This document shows, one piece after another, positions 33,185-42,835 of a DNA stretch of 64,000 nt. The DNA comes from a virus. The DNA lies in IMG/VR virus record IMGVR_UViG_3300044712_000732, positions 61,776 to 125,775 of that record. One strand, 5' to 3'. The notes under the pieces were generated by a model that saw nothing but the letters and a program-made list of their open reading frames with translations, searched no databases and was not told where the DNA came from. The position numbers and the translations under genes are program-made. Numbering within the stretch: the stretch's first letter is position 1; every line of letters starts with the position of its first letter.

Positions 33185-34678
33185 TTAATCATCGTTTTTC
33201 GATATAAAATGTGCCATATTTATTCTACCTTCAGTTGATGCAATCTTTGTAATTTCATAATTATCATCATTATGTTCAAATAAATCTAAAAAAGATTTAA
33301 CATCGGGTTCAACCGATTCAATTTCACATTCGGATTCTATTTCTTCATCAAAAAAAGATTTACTTTCAATTGGATTTGGTGTTATATTATTAGAACTAGA
33401 TTTAATTAAAATTGCTTCTGAATTTTCTATATTTTTTGAAATATCCCAAAAATCTTTTACTACATCATCTTTTTCTTCTTCTAAAATATCCCAATAACCA
33501 TGAACAGTAAACTCTGTCGTTGTTGTCGTTGTTACAGGTTCTAATGGTGCTACTGTCGTTGTTGGTGCTACTGTTGTTGTAGGTGCTACTGTTGTTGTAG
33601 GTGCTACTGTTGTTGTAGGTGCTACTGTTGTTGTGGGTGCTACTGTCGTTGTAGGTGCTACTGTTGTTGTGGGTGCTACTGTCGTTGTAGGTGCTACTGT
33701 CGTTGTAGGTGCTACTGTCGTTGTAGGTGCTACTGTCGTTGTAGGTGCTACTGTCGTTGTAGGTGCTACTGTATAATCATCATCATCCTTTTTTTTGCCA
33801 ATTTTAAGCTTTTTTAAGTCATCTTTTTCTTTTGGTATATCTTGCGTATTATCTAACGTTAATTGATTAATTCCGATTAATAATGCTATTGCTAATGGGT
33901 CAAAAACACATATAATAAGTAATGCAATAATATTAACAATTCTATTAATGGGTGCGCCTGTTATATCAGCAATAAATTTATATGGACCAATTTCAGATGA
34001 AATATCATTAGATTTTAATTCAATTATTTTTAAATCATAATATGCTATCGAATCATTAACAGCATTTGTTTGTTTCATCAAATCTGTTATTTCTTTATTC
34101 ATCTGACTTATTTGTTGATCTGCACCATTAATTTGGGTTTCAGTTCTTTTAGCACTACTTACATTATTTTTGTCATATAAATTATCTAATCGTTGTTCTT
34201 GTTGTGTTCTTAATCCTGATAATGTGTTCATTCGTGTATTTGAACTTTCAATTGATTTATTTATTCTATCCAATTGATTAACAAATAAATTCTTTTTGTT
34301 TTCTACTATCACAATTTGTGAATCCCTAGATTCCAATTTTGTGGCAGTTTGTTGATATGCACCAGTTAAAAATCCATAAATACCTACTGATGTCAATAAC
34401 ATAATAAATACTACTGCAAACACATAAAAGCCTCTTAATCCTTTTTTTATTGTATTCCAAAACCTATATACATACGAAACAGTAACCAATTTAGCAAATT
34501 CTAATGATGCTGCAAGTATAGTAATACCTATACCAGCCGCAGCAAAAAGTTTTGTTAAACCAAAAACTGAAAAATATGCAGCAGTACCAGCTAATGATAA
34601 TGCAGCCATGGATAATAACAATATAAATACCCAATTTTTCTTCATTTCCTTTAATTTATTTTTATTTATAAAAACCAA
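33185..34678 (-). CDS. membrane protein with a (TTTVAP)n Thr/Pro-rich repeat linker
   Basis: Three N-terminal TM helices, coiled coil, a further TM helix, about 12 TTTVAP repeats, then an acidic C-terminus. Confidence 0.5.
   Translation of the reverse strand: MVFINKNKLKEMKKNWVFILLLSMAALSLAGTAAYFSVFGLTKLFAAAGIGITILAASLEFAKLVTVSYVYRFWNTIKKGLRGFYVFAVVFIMLLTSVGIYGFLTGAYQQTATKLESRDSQIVIVENKKNLFVNQLDRINKSIESSNTRMNTLSGLRTQQEQRLDNLYDKNNVSSAKRTETQINGADQQISQMNKEITDLMKQTNAVNDSIAYYDLKIIELKSNDISSEIGPYKFIADITGAPINRIVNIIALLIICVFDPLAIALLIGINQLTLDNTQDIPKEKDDLKKLKIGKKKDDDDYTVAPTTTVAPTTTVAPTTTVAPTTTVAPTTTVAPTTTVAPTTTVAPTTTVAPTTTVAPTTTVAPTTTVAPTTTVAPLEPVTTTTTTEFTVHGYWDILEEEKDDVVKDFWDISKNIENSEAILIKSSSNNITPNPIESKSFFDEEIESECEIESVEPDVKSFLDLFEHNDDNYEITKIASTEGRINMAHFISKNDD
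33562..33780. repeat. 18-bp tandem repeat x ~12 (ggtgctactgtYgttgtR) encoding TTTVAP
   Basis: Directly visible in the sequence. Confidence 0.9.
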
Positions 34679-34869
34679 CTATTAATAACAACACAAATAT
34701 AAACATTTATGTCATTAAAACTTTTTGGAATTTTTTTATTTAATTTCCTATAATTACGCCTATTCACATAAACAATAAAATCATTGTTACATATTCCAAT
34801 TCCATTAATTCCTTTAAATTTTTTTACATATATTCTAAAATCTTCAATTATTTGTTCTGTCATTTTTAG

Positions 34870-35304
34870 TTAATCTTTTCTACCTGAAACATATCTATCT
34901 TTATATGTTTTTTTAATATTAGTAAATGAAATAAACTTATCATCTATTGTTATATTAAAACTATATAAATTGTTGTCATTATTTAATAATTGTTTTATTT
35001 TTTCTACATCTATATGGGATCGAATTTCAAAATCTTTAATTTCAAATTTTATTCCATCATTTTCTTCTATTTTATTTTTAAATTCAGGTAATCGAAGAAA
35101 TTCCATAATTAGATTTAATAATTTTCCAAATTTATTCGAACCCTTCCTAAATTCACCAGCAAATTCTTTATATGTTTTTATTCTTGGATCAGCCCCATAA
35201 TTTTGACCAACAATAGGAAGTTTACCTTCTGGTCCTGCTACTGTCGGGGTGTAAAATAAATTGTCCCTTGTCGTAATCATTTCATCAAATCTTTCTATTT
35301 TCAT
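34870..35304 (-). CDS. hypothetical protein
   Basis: 144-aa ORF. Confidence 0.4.
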   Translation of the reverse strand: MKIERFDEMITTRDNLFYTPTVAGPEGKLPIVGQNYGADPRIKTYKEFAGEFRKGSNKFGKLLNLIMEFLRLPEFKNKIEENDGIKFEIKDFEIRSHIDVEKIKQLLNNDNNLYSFNITIDDKFISFTNIKKTYKDRYVSGRKD

Positions 35305-35565
35305 AAAATATTGTATTTTTTAGCTTTTTCAACACATTCTACTTCTGAAATATTTTAGCCATATACAAATTTTGTTTGGCAACTTCTAGATAAGATTTAG
35401 TTGTTGAATTCCCACACATTTTAATCAAATTGTCTATTTGATTCATAATTGATGAAATTTCTGTAGATATTTCTTTTTTATCGAATGAACCTAGTTCTTC
35501 AAATTTTTTTACATGATGATTCATAACTTTACCGTTTTTTTTTAATCGAATGATGATTCATAACT

Positions 35566-36963
35566 TTACCATTTTTTACCTTTTGTTTGTGGAATTTTCA
35601 TATCTTTTAAATCTTGGGCAGGTGATCCTTTTTTATCAGATGTAGGTGTTTCATGAAAATAATTAATATCAGTAACAATTCTTGCTGAATCTTCAATTAT
35701 AGCATTTGGTCCAATCTTACACATTCTTAAAACAGAATTGCCTTTAACACTACCATCAATATTACACATATATAAATAACAATCACTAATTTCAGATTCT
35801 TTATCAATTTTTGCATTTTCTATCTTTGAATTAAATATGTTACTACCAACTACATCCCCACCATGTATTGTACCATTTACCAATTCAGATGATATAAAAT
35901 TACAAATATTATATCTACCACTATTTATAACACATTCAATAAAATCAATATCATTAAGATCAAAAATTGTCTTAAATGTACCTTCAACTAATTCAATTCT
36001 ATTTAATTCTGAATCATAATTAATTATACAATTTTTAAGATTATATGTGTTTCTTACAATTTCATAAATATCATTATACATCTTATCGTAATATCCTTTC
36101 AAAATTCCATAATCACTAAATTTATCTACCTGGATATCAATTGTTGGAAATTCTGAAATAAAATCATCGTAATTTGCAAAAGTTTTGAAAATATTAATAT
36201 TTTCAAATAAATATTTTTGTAATTTTTCTTTATCTTCTTCATTTAATGGCTGATTAATACAATCCCATGTTTTTGTTATAAAATAATCCATAAGTGATAT
36301 AATTTCAGATGTTTTCTTATGATATCCATTACCACCAATATAACGCCATTCTAATCTACCTTCTTGAATAGTTTGAAAATTTATTCCATAATATTTAGTA
36401 TCCGGATATTGAATATTTGTCTGTAATATTTCAATCGCATTTGTAGAAAAATCAAATCCTTTAAATGGTATTAATGTTTTTACACTTTTTGCATAAATAT
36501 TATTTTTTCTTTCTGGAAAGTAATTATAAATTAAATCTTCATCAACTTCTAATATTAATTTTAATGCATTTAAATTGTTAAGAATCATACCATCACCATT
36601 ATCTTCGAATGAAATATTAATATGTATTGAACATTTTTCATCTGTTCGAGCATATTTATCCAATGTTTTTAGAATTTTTAATAATATAATTTTACAATTT
36701 ATATATGGAATTGGTCCAGTTACTAATTCAACTAATTCTGGCCCACCAGAAAGGTCTGGTTCAATTTTGAAATTATTTTCATCTGGTTTAAAACTTGAAT
36801 GATATTTTCTATAACCATGGACTTGAATAGGTGCGAGTGTATTATTTAATAATTCCAATAATTTAAAATAAGATCGTTCAGTATAGAATTCAAATTCAAA
36901 TCCAACGATAGCTTTTTTTAATATATCAATATCTGTAATGTATTCATTTGAATAAATTTTCAT
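35566..36963 (-). CDS. hypothetical protein with C-terminal left-handed beta-helix (hexapeptide) repeats
   Basis: C-terminal ...VGSNIFNSKIENAKIDKESEISDCYLYMCNIDGSVKGNSVLRMCKIGPNAIIED. Confidence 0.45.
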   Translation of the reverse strand: MKIYSNEYITDIDILKKAIVGFEFEFYTERSYFKLLELLNNTLAPIQVHGYRKYHSSFKPDENNFKIEPDLSGGPELVELVTGPIPYINCKIILLKILKTLDKYARTDEKCSIHINISFEDNGDGMILNNLNALKLILEVDEDLIYNYFPERKNNIYAKSVKTLIPFKGFDFSTNAIEILQTNIQYPDTKYYGINFQTIQEGRLEWRYIGGNGYHKKTSEIISLMDYFITKTWDCINQPLNEEDKEKLQKYLFENINIFKTFANYDDFISEFPTIDIQVDKFSDYGILKGYYDKMYNDIYEIVRNTYNLKNCIINYDSELNRIELVEGTFKTIFDLNDIDFIECVINSGRYNICNFISSELVNGTIHGGDVVGSNIFNSKIENAKIDKESEISDCYLYMCNIDGSVKGNSVLRMCKIGPNAIIEDSARIVTDINYFHETPTSDKKGSPAQDLKDMKIPQTKGKKW

Positions 36964-37032
36964 TAATTTAAACTATTTTTTTGTATATATTAAAAATTAA
37001 AATACAAAAAAATGAACATAAAATAAATAAAA

Positions 37033-37431
37033 TTAGAAACCAATATTTTTTATTTCTAACCAATCTGAGTGTGGTATTTTATGGAGTTTTTTAATAAATT
37101 TTTTGGGAATTTCCTGCATTAAAGCAAACCATATTGAATTATCATTTCTTATTCCACCTTTCCATAAATATGGATAACCGATCCATCGGTGATCTGATGC
37201 ATCATATGGTATTTTAAATTCAAAAACATAAGCATATTTATCGTCAGGTACAGCATGATATAACGCAGATTCTATATCTGTTGCCATCATATACCAACCT
37301 TGACCATAACCTAAATTACTTTTTAATCCTTCTTCTTCTATTTTTTTGATAAACTTAGCATTAGTACCATGATAAACAGTAATATATTCTTGCTTTTTTT
37401 CTTTTAAATATTCTATAAATTTTATATTCAT
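37033..37431 (-). CDS. putative ADP-ribosyltransferase-fold protein (HGT motif, Tpt1/PARP-like)
   Basis: VYHGTNAKFIKKIEEEGL parallels LYHGTSPESYKIIQKTGL of the Tpt1 homolog at 52506..53030. Weak, motif-only evidence. Confidence 0.3.
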   Translation of the reverse strand: MNIKFIEYLKEKKQEYITVYHGTNAKFIKKIEEEGLKSNLGYGQGWYMMATDIESALYHAVPDDKYAYVFEFKIPYDASDHRWIGYPYLWKGGIRNDNSIWFALMQEIPKKFIKKLHKIPHSDWLEIKNIGF

Positions 37432-37640
37432 ATCATTTGTTGTATATAATTAATTAGATACCAATCAGGGATTCCATCTACATCATAAATAATCGTAAAT
37501 TCAAAAACATAATTATAATTTTTAATTTTTAATGATGTTATTATATTTTTACTATCAATTTCAGGTTTTGGTAATCTATTAATTGCTGTTTTTGCGGCAT
37601 AAATGTTTATATCTTTCACATTATTAATTTTTTTTTGTGA

Positions 37641-37745
37641 TGGTATGAAGAATCGAACTTCCTTAAAATTAATATAAATACCTGCCCGATATACGTATGT
37701 TGTCTTTCACCAACCGTAATTTGTTTTCACCGAGATACCATCAAA
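37641..37745 (-). ncRNA. 105-nt tRNA-like element with perfect 7-bp acceptor stem and T-arm but irregular middle
   Basis: Minus strand GATGGTA...GGAAGTTCGATTCTTCATACCATC-A. Acceptor GATGGTA/TACCATC, T-loop TTCGATT; no canonical D or anticodon arm found by eye. Confidence 0.3.
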
Positions 37746-38052
37746 GATATATATAAAAATTTTAATATATATCTTTTTTAAAAATAAAATATCATAATGA
37801 AAAAGACATTACCATTAGGTTTATATTACGAAATAATAAATATTGGCACAGTTAATAATACTTTATATAGAGTTGTATCAAATATTCCTATGATTAATAA
37901 TTTAAGATCAAATATAGATGAAACTGAAGATCAATTTATTATCAGAATAACAAAATTAGTTCATAATGAATTTTATGTGACAAATATCACACAAAATGTT
38001 TGATTATTAAACTTTTATAATTTTTATTTATATATAAAATAAAAATAATACT

Positions 38053-38415
38053 ATGGAAAAATTGACATTAGAAACATTCAAAGAAAAAATAATGAACTAT
38101 GAAATTAATAAAAATGAATGGAAATTTGAAGGAAAATTACCAGCCATTATTGATTTTTATGCTGATTGGTGTGGTCCATGCAAAATGATATCACCAATTC
38201 TCGATTCATTAAGTAAAGAATATGATGGTAAGGTTGATATTTATAAAGTTAATACCGAAGAAGAACAAGAATTATCAGCGATGTTTGGTATAAGAAGTAT
38301 TCCATCAATATTATTTATCCCCATTATTGGTGACCCACAAATGAATTTGGGTGCATTATCAAAAGATAAATTCATAGAAGCGATAAATGATGTGTTATTA
38401 AAAAAAGAGTTGTAA
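38053..38415 (+). CDS. trx: thioredoxin
   Basis: WCGPCK active site and thioredoxin length (120 aa); a terminator hairpin follows. Confidence 0.8.
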   Translation: MEKLTLETFKEKIMNYEINKNEWKFEGKLPAIIDFYADWCGPCKMISPILDSLSKEYDGKVDIYKVNTEEEQELSAMFGIRSIPSILFIPIIGDPQMNLGALSKDKFIEAINDVLLKKEL

Positions 38416-38438
38416 TACAACTCTTTTTTATTTATTAA
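38416..38438 (+). terminator. rho-independent terminator (AAGAGTTGTAATACAACTCTT + T6)
   Basis: Hairpin plus T-run directly after the thioredoxin stop. Confidence 0.6.
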
Positions 38439-38688
38439 ATAGCTTAATTAAAGCATCATATAATCCACTTTGTTCATTTGTAAAATTTCTTCGATATAGT
38501 TCGAGTTCAATTCCTCTAATAAAAACACAATCAATAATTGTATCTAAAATTTCATCTTCTGATGGTTTAATTTTTGCATCATCATTAGCTTGCCAACCAA
38601 GAATAAACGTTTGTAGATCAGCACTAGTAACCATTGGATACTTTTTTTTGAATGCAACTACTGCATCATTAAGTTTTTTATTTTCCAT
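38428..38688 (-). CDS. hypothetical protein
   Basis: 86-aa ORF. Confidence 0.4.
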   Translation of the reverse strand: MENKKLNDAVVAFKKKYPMVTSADLQTFILGWQANDDAKIKPSEDEILDTIIDCVFIRGIELELYRRNFTNEQSGLYDALIKLFNK

Positions 38689-38995
38689 TTTTTAAATCAA
38701 TTTTAATTGCTAATTCTTTTGAACTTCCTATTTTTTTATATAAATCATCAGGATGATATCCTGGTTTCCATTCAACACCCCCAGAAATATGAAATTTTTC
38801 GCATAATAAATGATGATCGGGACAAACAGTTATACCATTTTCGATTATATATCCACCATTTGGCATTTCATTTCTATCTGTAATGTGATGTGCATCAAGA
38901 TCATGTTTTATATCACAAAAAACACATTTGTGATGATCTCGTTCGAAAACTTTATTTCTAAAATTTTCCCTTATTTGTTTTTTACTTATTCCCAT
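38678..38995 (-). CDS. HNH endonuclease
   Basis: CVFCDIKHDLDAHHITDRNEMPNGGYIIENGITVCPDHH. Confidence 0.65.
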   Translation of the reverse strand: MGISKKQIRENFRNKVFERDHHKCVFCDIKHDLDAHHITDRNEMPNGGYIIENGITVCPDHHLLCEKFHISGGVEWKPGYHPDDLYKKIGSSKELAIKIDLKNGK

Positions 38996-39291
38996 TTATG
39001 AATATCATATTTTTCCATTATTACAAGAACTGAAACCCATCCATTATTTGCCAACGATATAGATGATGTTTTTACAATATATCCTTCTGATGTTTTTTTA
39101 TCAATAAAATAATTAACTTGATTCATTTCATTAGTCCGAATTGTTTTGCAATATGTTACAGTCGATAATGGTTTATCTGGCTGAATATGCATCAAATTTG
39201 ATTCTCTAATTGGATTTGATTTTGTTGGTTCTGAATTTGCTACACAAATCGCTAACAAAATACTTACAAAAAATACTAATATTACTTTCAT
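38986..39291 (-). CDS. small secreted protein (signal peptide MKVILVFFVSILLAICVANS)
   Basis: Track ORF 38986..39366 trimmed: its first 25 codons are a translation of the tRNA gene at 39310-39380. Confidence 0.4.
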   Translation of the reverse strand: MKVILVFFVSILLAICVANSEPTKSNPIRESNLMHIQPDKPLSTVTYCKTIRTNEMNQVNYFIDKKTSEGYIVKTSSISLANNGWVSVLVIMEKYDIHKWE

Positions 39292-39309
39292 TTTTTTAAT
39301 TAATGTTAG

Positions 39310-39380
39310 TATCCTAGTCGGGAATCGAACCCGAGATAAAGGTTTTAGAGACCTCCGCTTTACCACTTAGCTACTAGAAC
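39310..39380 (-). tRNA. amber suppressor tRNA, anticodon CUA (reads UAG)
   Basis: Hand fold of the minus strand GTTCTAG-TA-GCTAAGTGGTAAAGC-G-GAGGT-CTCTAAA-ACCTT-TATC-TCGGG-TTCGATT-CCCGA-CTAGGAT-A. 7-bp acceptor with two G-U pairs, D-loop with GG, 5-bp anticodon stem, loop C-U-CUA-A-A, T-loop TTCGATT. Confidence 0.7.
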
Positions 39381-39492
39381 GAATAAAAAACAACCAATAA
39401 TCTGACTTTCTTGAATTACTCACCAGATAGTACCCCTTAGCTTTGTAGTATCAGTTGTTCATAATAGTGGATACAAATATACTTATTAATTA

Positions 39493-39912
39493 TTAATTTA
39501 CCAAACTTTTATAGAAATTACCTTTTTCTTTTTTGTATTCCATTAAAAGTTTTTCAGATTCAGCTTGTGCTTTTAACCAAGCTTTTCTTGTATTTTGAAT
39601 TGCTTCTTCTTTAGCTGAAACTTTAATACGTATTCTACCAATACAAAAATTTTGGGTTAAAATACCAAAGAATGTATTAATTCTTCTTAATGTTGGTTTG
39701 TTACTAATCCAAAAACAATATTTTTGGATTTTTTTCATTTGATTCTTTGATATGTTTTTATCAAATTTATCAATATTCCGGATTTTACCCGACACTTGAA
39801 ATTTGTTATTTTTAACTACGTTTTCAATTATATCAATTGTATTATTGATCACGTTCTTTAATTCACTCTTGTTGTATGTGTAATTTACACCATTTTCTAC
39901 TATTGCTTCCAT
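39493..39912 (-). CDS. hypothetical protein
   Basis: 139-aa ORF. An SD-driven ATG-TTC-TAG mini-ORF lies upstream at 39996-40004. Confidence 0.45.
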   Translation of the reverse strand: MEAIVENGVNYTYNKSELKNVINNTIDIIENVVKNNKFQVSGKIRNIDKFDKNISKNQMKKIQKYCFWISNKPTLRRINTFFGILTQNFCIGRIRIKVSAKEEAIQNTRKAWLKAQAESEKLLMEYKKEKGNFYKSLVN

Positions 39913-40025
39913 AATTTTATTTATTTATTTTTTTTATTTATAATATTTGTTGTTTTATGATATTCCAATTATGGAAACTATTAAGGTGGTTTAATCTAGA
40001 ACATAACTTCCTCCTTTCTTTTTTT

Positions 40026-40274
40026 TTATAATTCAGTTTCAATTATTTTATAAAATTTATATTTTTCTAACCAACCCCAACCCAATTCTTCATGACCCCA
40101 ATTTATCCAATAAGAATTTGAATAATTTGAATTGTTTTGTAATTTATAAACCATATCTAAATGATGCATATATTTTTTCGCATCATCAAAATTATCAAAA
40201 ATCTTATCATAATTATTGTTGTGTTCATAATCATAAAATCGGATTTTTATTACATATTTTTCTTTACTAGACAT
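40026..40274 (-). CDS. hypothetical protein
   Basis: 82-aa ORF; its ATG overlaps the TAG-TAA end of the upstream gene. Confidence 0.4.
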   Translation of the reverse strand: MSSKEKYVIKIRFYDYEHNNNYDKIFDNFDDAKKYMHHLDMVYKLQNNSNYSNSYWINWGHEELGWGWLEKYKFYKIIETEL

Positions 40275-40656
40275 AGCAATTTTCCTTTCTTACATAAGAA
40301 TTTTTATCAATTTTATCAATAGATTTATATTCCTTTAACATTAAAGGATATGATGATAATAATCGTCTAGATTGATCAGATGGTTCAATAGCAATAGCTG
40401 TTATTTGATCATCGAGATCAGGTTCTCTGAAGATAGAATACTTAATATTGTTTTTTTGTAATTTTTCGATGAGATTTTTGAGATCATCTTCATCTGCACA
40501 CGATAATTGTGCTAAATATGGTTCTTTTATCCATAATTTTGCAATTTCTGGATGTTCAAAGACAAATTGAATAGCAGCATGGGATGCCATTACAGCTTGA
40601 TATCCTGCGGTTGTATCACGTCTTGATACTGTTGATAATTTGTAAATCTAAGTCAT
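40267..40656 (-). CDS. PTH2-family peptidyl-tRNA hydrolase-like protein with an in-frame TAG at codon 3
   Basis: Upstream of the track's Met (40590) the frame stays open to ATG 40654-40656, preceded by AAAAAGGAAAAA (SD). Reading is M-T-TAG-IYKLSTVSRDTTAGYQAVMASHAAIQ..., which aligns to the archaeal Pth2 N-terminus (VIVVRSDIKMGKGKIAAQVAHAA). Gene ends TAG-TAA. Confidence 0.55.
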
Positions 40657-40826
40657 AATATTTTTCCTTTTTACTTATATATAAAATTTTTTAATTTGTT
40701 TTTGTAAATGTATGTATATTTTTTAAATATACAAATTATTATTCATATTATTTATATTTTTAACATAATAACATAATTTGACTTTTTATTTTATATATAA
40801 AAATTTTACTTTTTGTTTTATTTTTC

Positions 40827-41192
40827 TTATAATATTTCACCCAAAACAGCACCATCCTTTTTCCGAATCAATAGTGGAACGTTGCTACCACTTAATTCAA
40901 TATTAACATTTCCTTTTTTTATTTCGGATATGATTTGATTGTTGGTATATCTTTGATTACCTGCTTCATCATTACTGATATGAATAGTCAAGATCATCTT
41001 TGGTTTATTTCTAAGGTCTTTACGATTAGGATTGTACATATGCTTAGTGACATCATCTAGCCAACCATTTTCTTTTGCTTTACGATACGCTGTGGCATCA
41101 CGAACACTAAATTCTGTTCGAGTTACATATTTTTTTGCGATTATTTCACAAGCATCTTTAGTCCAAGTAAATCCTGTTCTTCTTTCCTTCAT
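40827..41192 (-). CDS. hypothetical protein
   Basis: 121-aa ORF. Confidence 0.4.
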   Translation of the reverse strand: MKERRTGFTWTKDACEIIAKKYVTRTEFSVRDATAYRKAKENGWLDDVTKHMYNPNRKDLRNKPKMILTIHISNDEAGNQRYTNNQIISEIKKGNVNIELSGSNVPLLIRKKDGAVLGEIL

Positions 41193-41236
41193 AATATAAT
41201 TTTTTATACAAATATATAATATTTTTTTATTAAATC

Positions 41237-41635
41237 TTACTGAACACTTAAAGTCAACTCAATATCTTCTGTTTCAAAATAAAGATTTTGTAATCTGTGG
41301 ACATATTTCGGTTGGACTTTTATTTGTTTTCCGTTTATCCACCAACCATGATTTGTATTATAGACAAATTGTCCTTTAGTATAAACCCTAAATTCATTTT
41401 GATTTCCCTGAATAGTTTCACACGAAAAGCCAAATTTAGGGAGCCAATCTTCTGTCAACAATATTGGTTCTATACAATCTTCTGTTAGTGTACATTCACC
41501 TAGCGCATACCAATCAGATTCATTCCATTGGAAATTGTCATCAAAGTTTGAAATAACACCATCATTATTTCTATAAGACCAAATTGATACATTGTGATGT
41601 ACCCAATTACCTATTTTTAATTGTTTTACATTCAT
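41237..41635 (-). CDS. hypothetical protein
   Basis: 132-aa ORF. Confidence 0.4.
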   Translation of the reverse strand: MNVKQLKIGNWVHHNVSIWSYRNNDGVISNFDDNFQWNESDWYALGECTLTEDCIEPILLTEDWLPKFGFSCETIQGNQNEFRVYTKGQFVYNTNHGWWINGKQIKVQPKYVHRLQNLYFETEDIELTLSVQ

Positions 41636-41662
41636 GTTTGATAAAATAAAACTTCTGATCCT

Positions 41663-42808
41663 TTAATTTATTTGTTTTAAATTTAAATCATTAACATCAT
41701 TTGTAATAATATGTGGCATAAAATAAGACATATTATTAGTAATTTTACAATCTGTTTCACGAATACCAATTCCACAAGATTCCCCACCAATCACCCAAGA
41801 ACCAATAATAGGATATTTTCCATCTTGTGGTTCAATTTCGACAAGTTCCTGGTAAATGAATCCTTCTTCACCATATTCACCACAAGTTTCACAATCCAAC
41901 ACACCATTTTTATATAATGATACATTGGCACCTTCACGGGAATATATTGGTTTTTTACAATAATTACCCGATATCAGTGGATTTGTGTCCGCATTTAGAA
42001 TATATGGTGAAGTAGGAAACAATTTTGATAATACTACAAGCATATACTTATTACTCATAATAGCTTTCCACAACGGTTCAATGAAAGTCGTTTCACAATT
42101 TGGTATAGATTTACCAAATTCTTCATTAAACATCCATTCATATGGATATAATTTGAATAAAAAGTCAATATGTTGATCAGATTTATTATAAAACAAATCA
42201 TCTTGACAATCAATATCTTCAATATCAAATATTGATGTATTTAATCCCGCTTCAGCAGCAGTTGATAAAATATATGATGTTGTTGTATAATCTTCTAAAT
42301 TATCACAAATACAACAAAAATCTACACGTTCACTTTCATAATCTTTTTGAATATCAATCCAACTTTGTATCAATGCTTCGTGAAGACTATTAAATTGATC
42401 ATTTTTGGGAAATAAATCTTCTTTCCATTCCCATTGAACTACACTTGCTTCAAATAATGATGTTGGTGTATCTGCATTAAATTCAAGTAATTTAATTTTA
42501 CCATTTACAAAAGCAAAATCAAACCTACCATATAAACTTAATTCATCGTTTTCCCAACTATCAATCAATGTCGGAACAATATATCTTGGGATATGTAATT
42601 CATCCCAAAGATCGTTCTTTATGACATATTCAACAGCATCAATATACATTTGATAACATGCATTTGTTGCCGTTTCGATTTCAGTTATTTGTTTTTTAGA
42701 AAATTCATAATATGCATTTTCCAACCAATAATTAGCATCAAAATAAAAACCTAAATCTTGAATTTTTTCTTTGTAATTAATTCTTGGTGCAATTGTAATT
42801 CTTTTCAT
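41663..42808 (-). CDS. glutathionylspermidine-synthase-like ATP-grasp amidoligase
   Basis: RFDFAFVNGKIKLLEFNADTPTSLFEASVVQWEW matches the GspS pre-ATP-grasp signature. Confidence 0.65.
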   Translation of the reverse strand: MKRITIAPRINYKEKIQDLGFYFDANYWLENAYYEFSKKQITEIETATNACYQMYIDAVEYVIKNDLWDELHIPRYIVPTLIDSWENDELSLYGRFDFAFVNGKIKLLEFNADTPTSLFEASVVQWEWKEDLFPKNDQFNSLHEALIQSWIDIQKDYESERVDFCCICDNLEDYTTTSYILSTAAEAGLNTSIFDIEDIDCQDDLFYNKSDQHIDFLFKLYPYEWMFNEEFGKSIPNCETTFIEPLWKAIMSNKYMLVVLSKLFPTSPYILNADTNPLISGNYCKKPIYSREGANVSLYKNGVLDCETCGEYGEEGFIYQELVEIEPQDGKYPIIGSWVIGGESCGIGIRETDCKITNNMSYFMPHIITNDVNDLNLKQIN

Positions 42809-42835
42809 TTGTTGTTTTAATTTTTAAGATTAATA

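Noticed and set aside
38986-39366. N-terminal 25 codons (MVKRRSLKPLSRVRFPTRILTLIKK) of track ORF 38986..39366
   Set aside because: These codons are a translation of the suppressor tRNA gene (39310-39380); the ORF was trimmed to the internal Met that begins a signal peptide.
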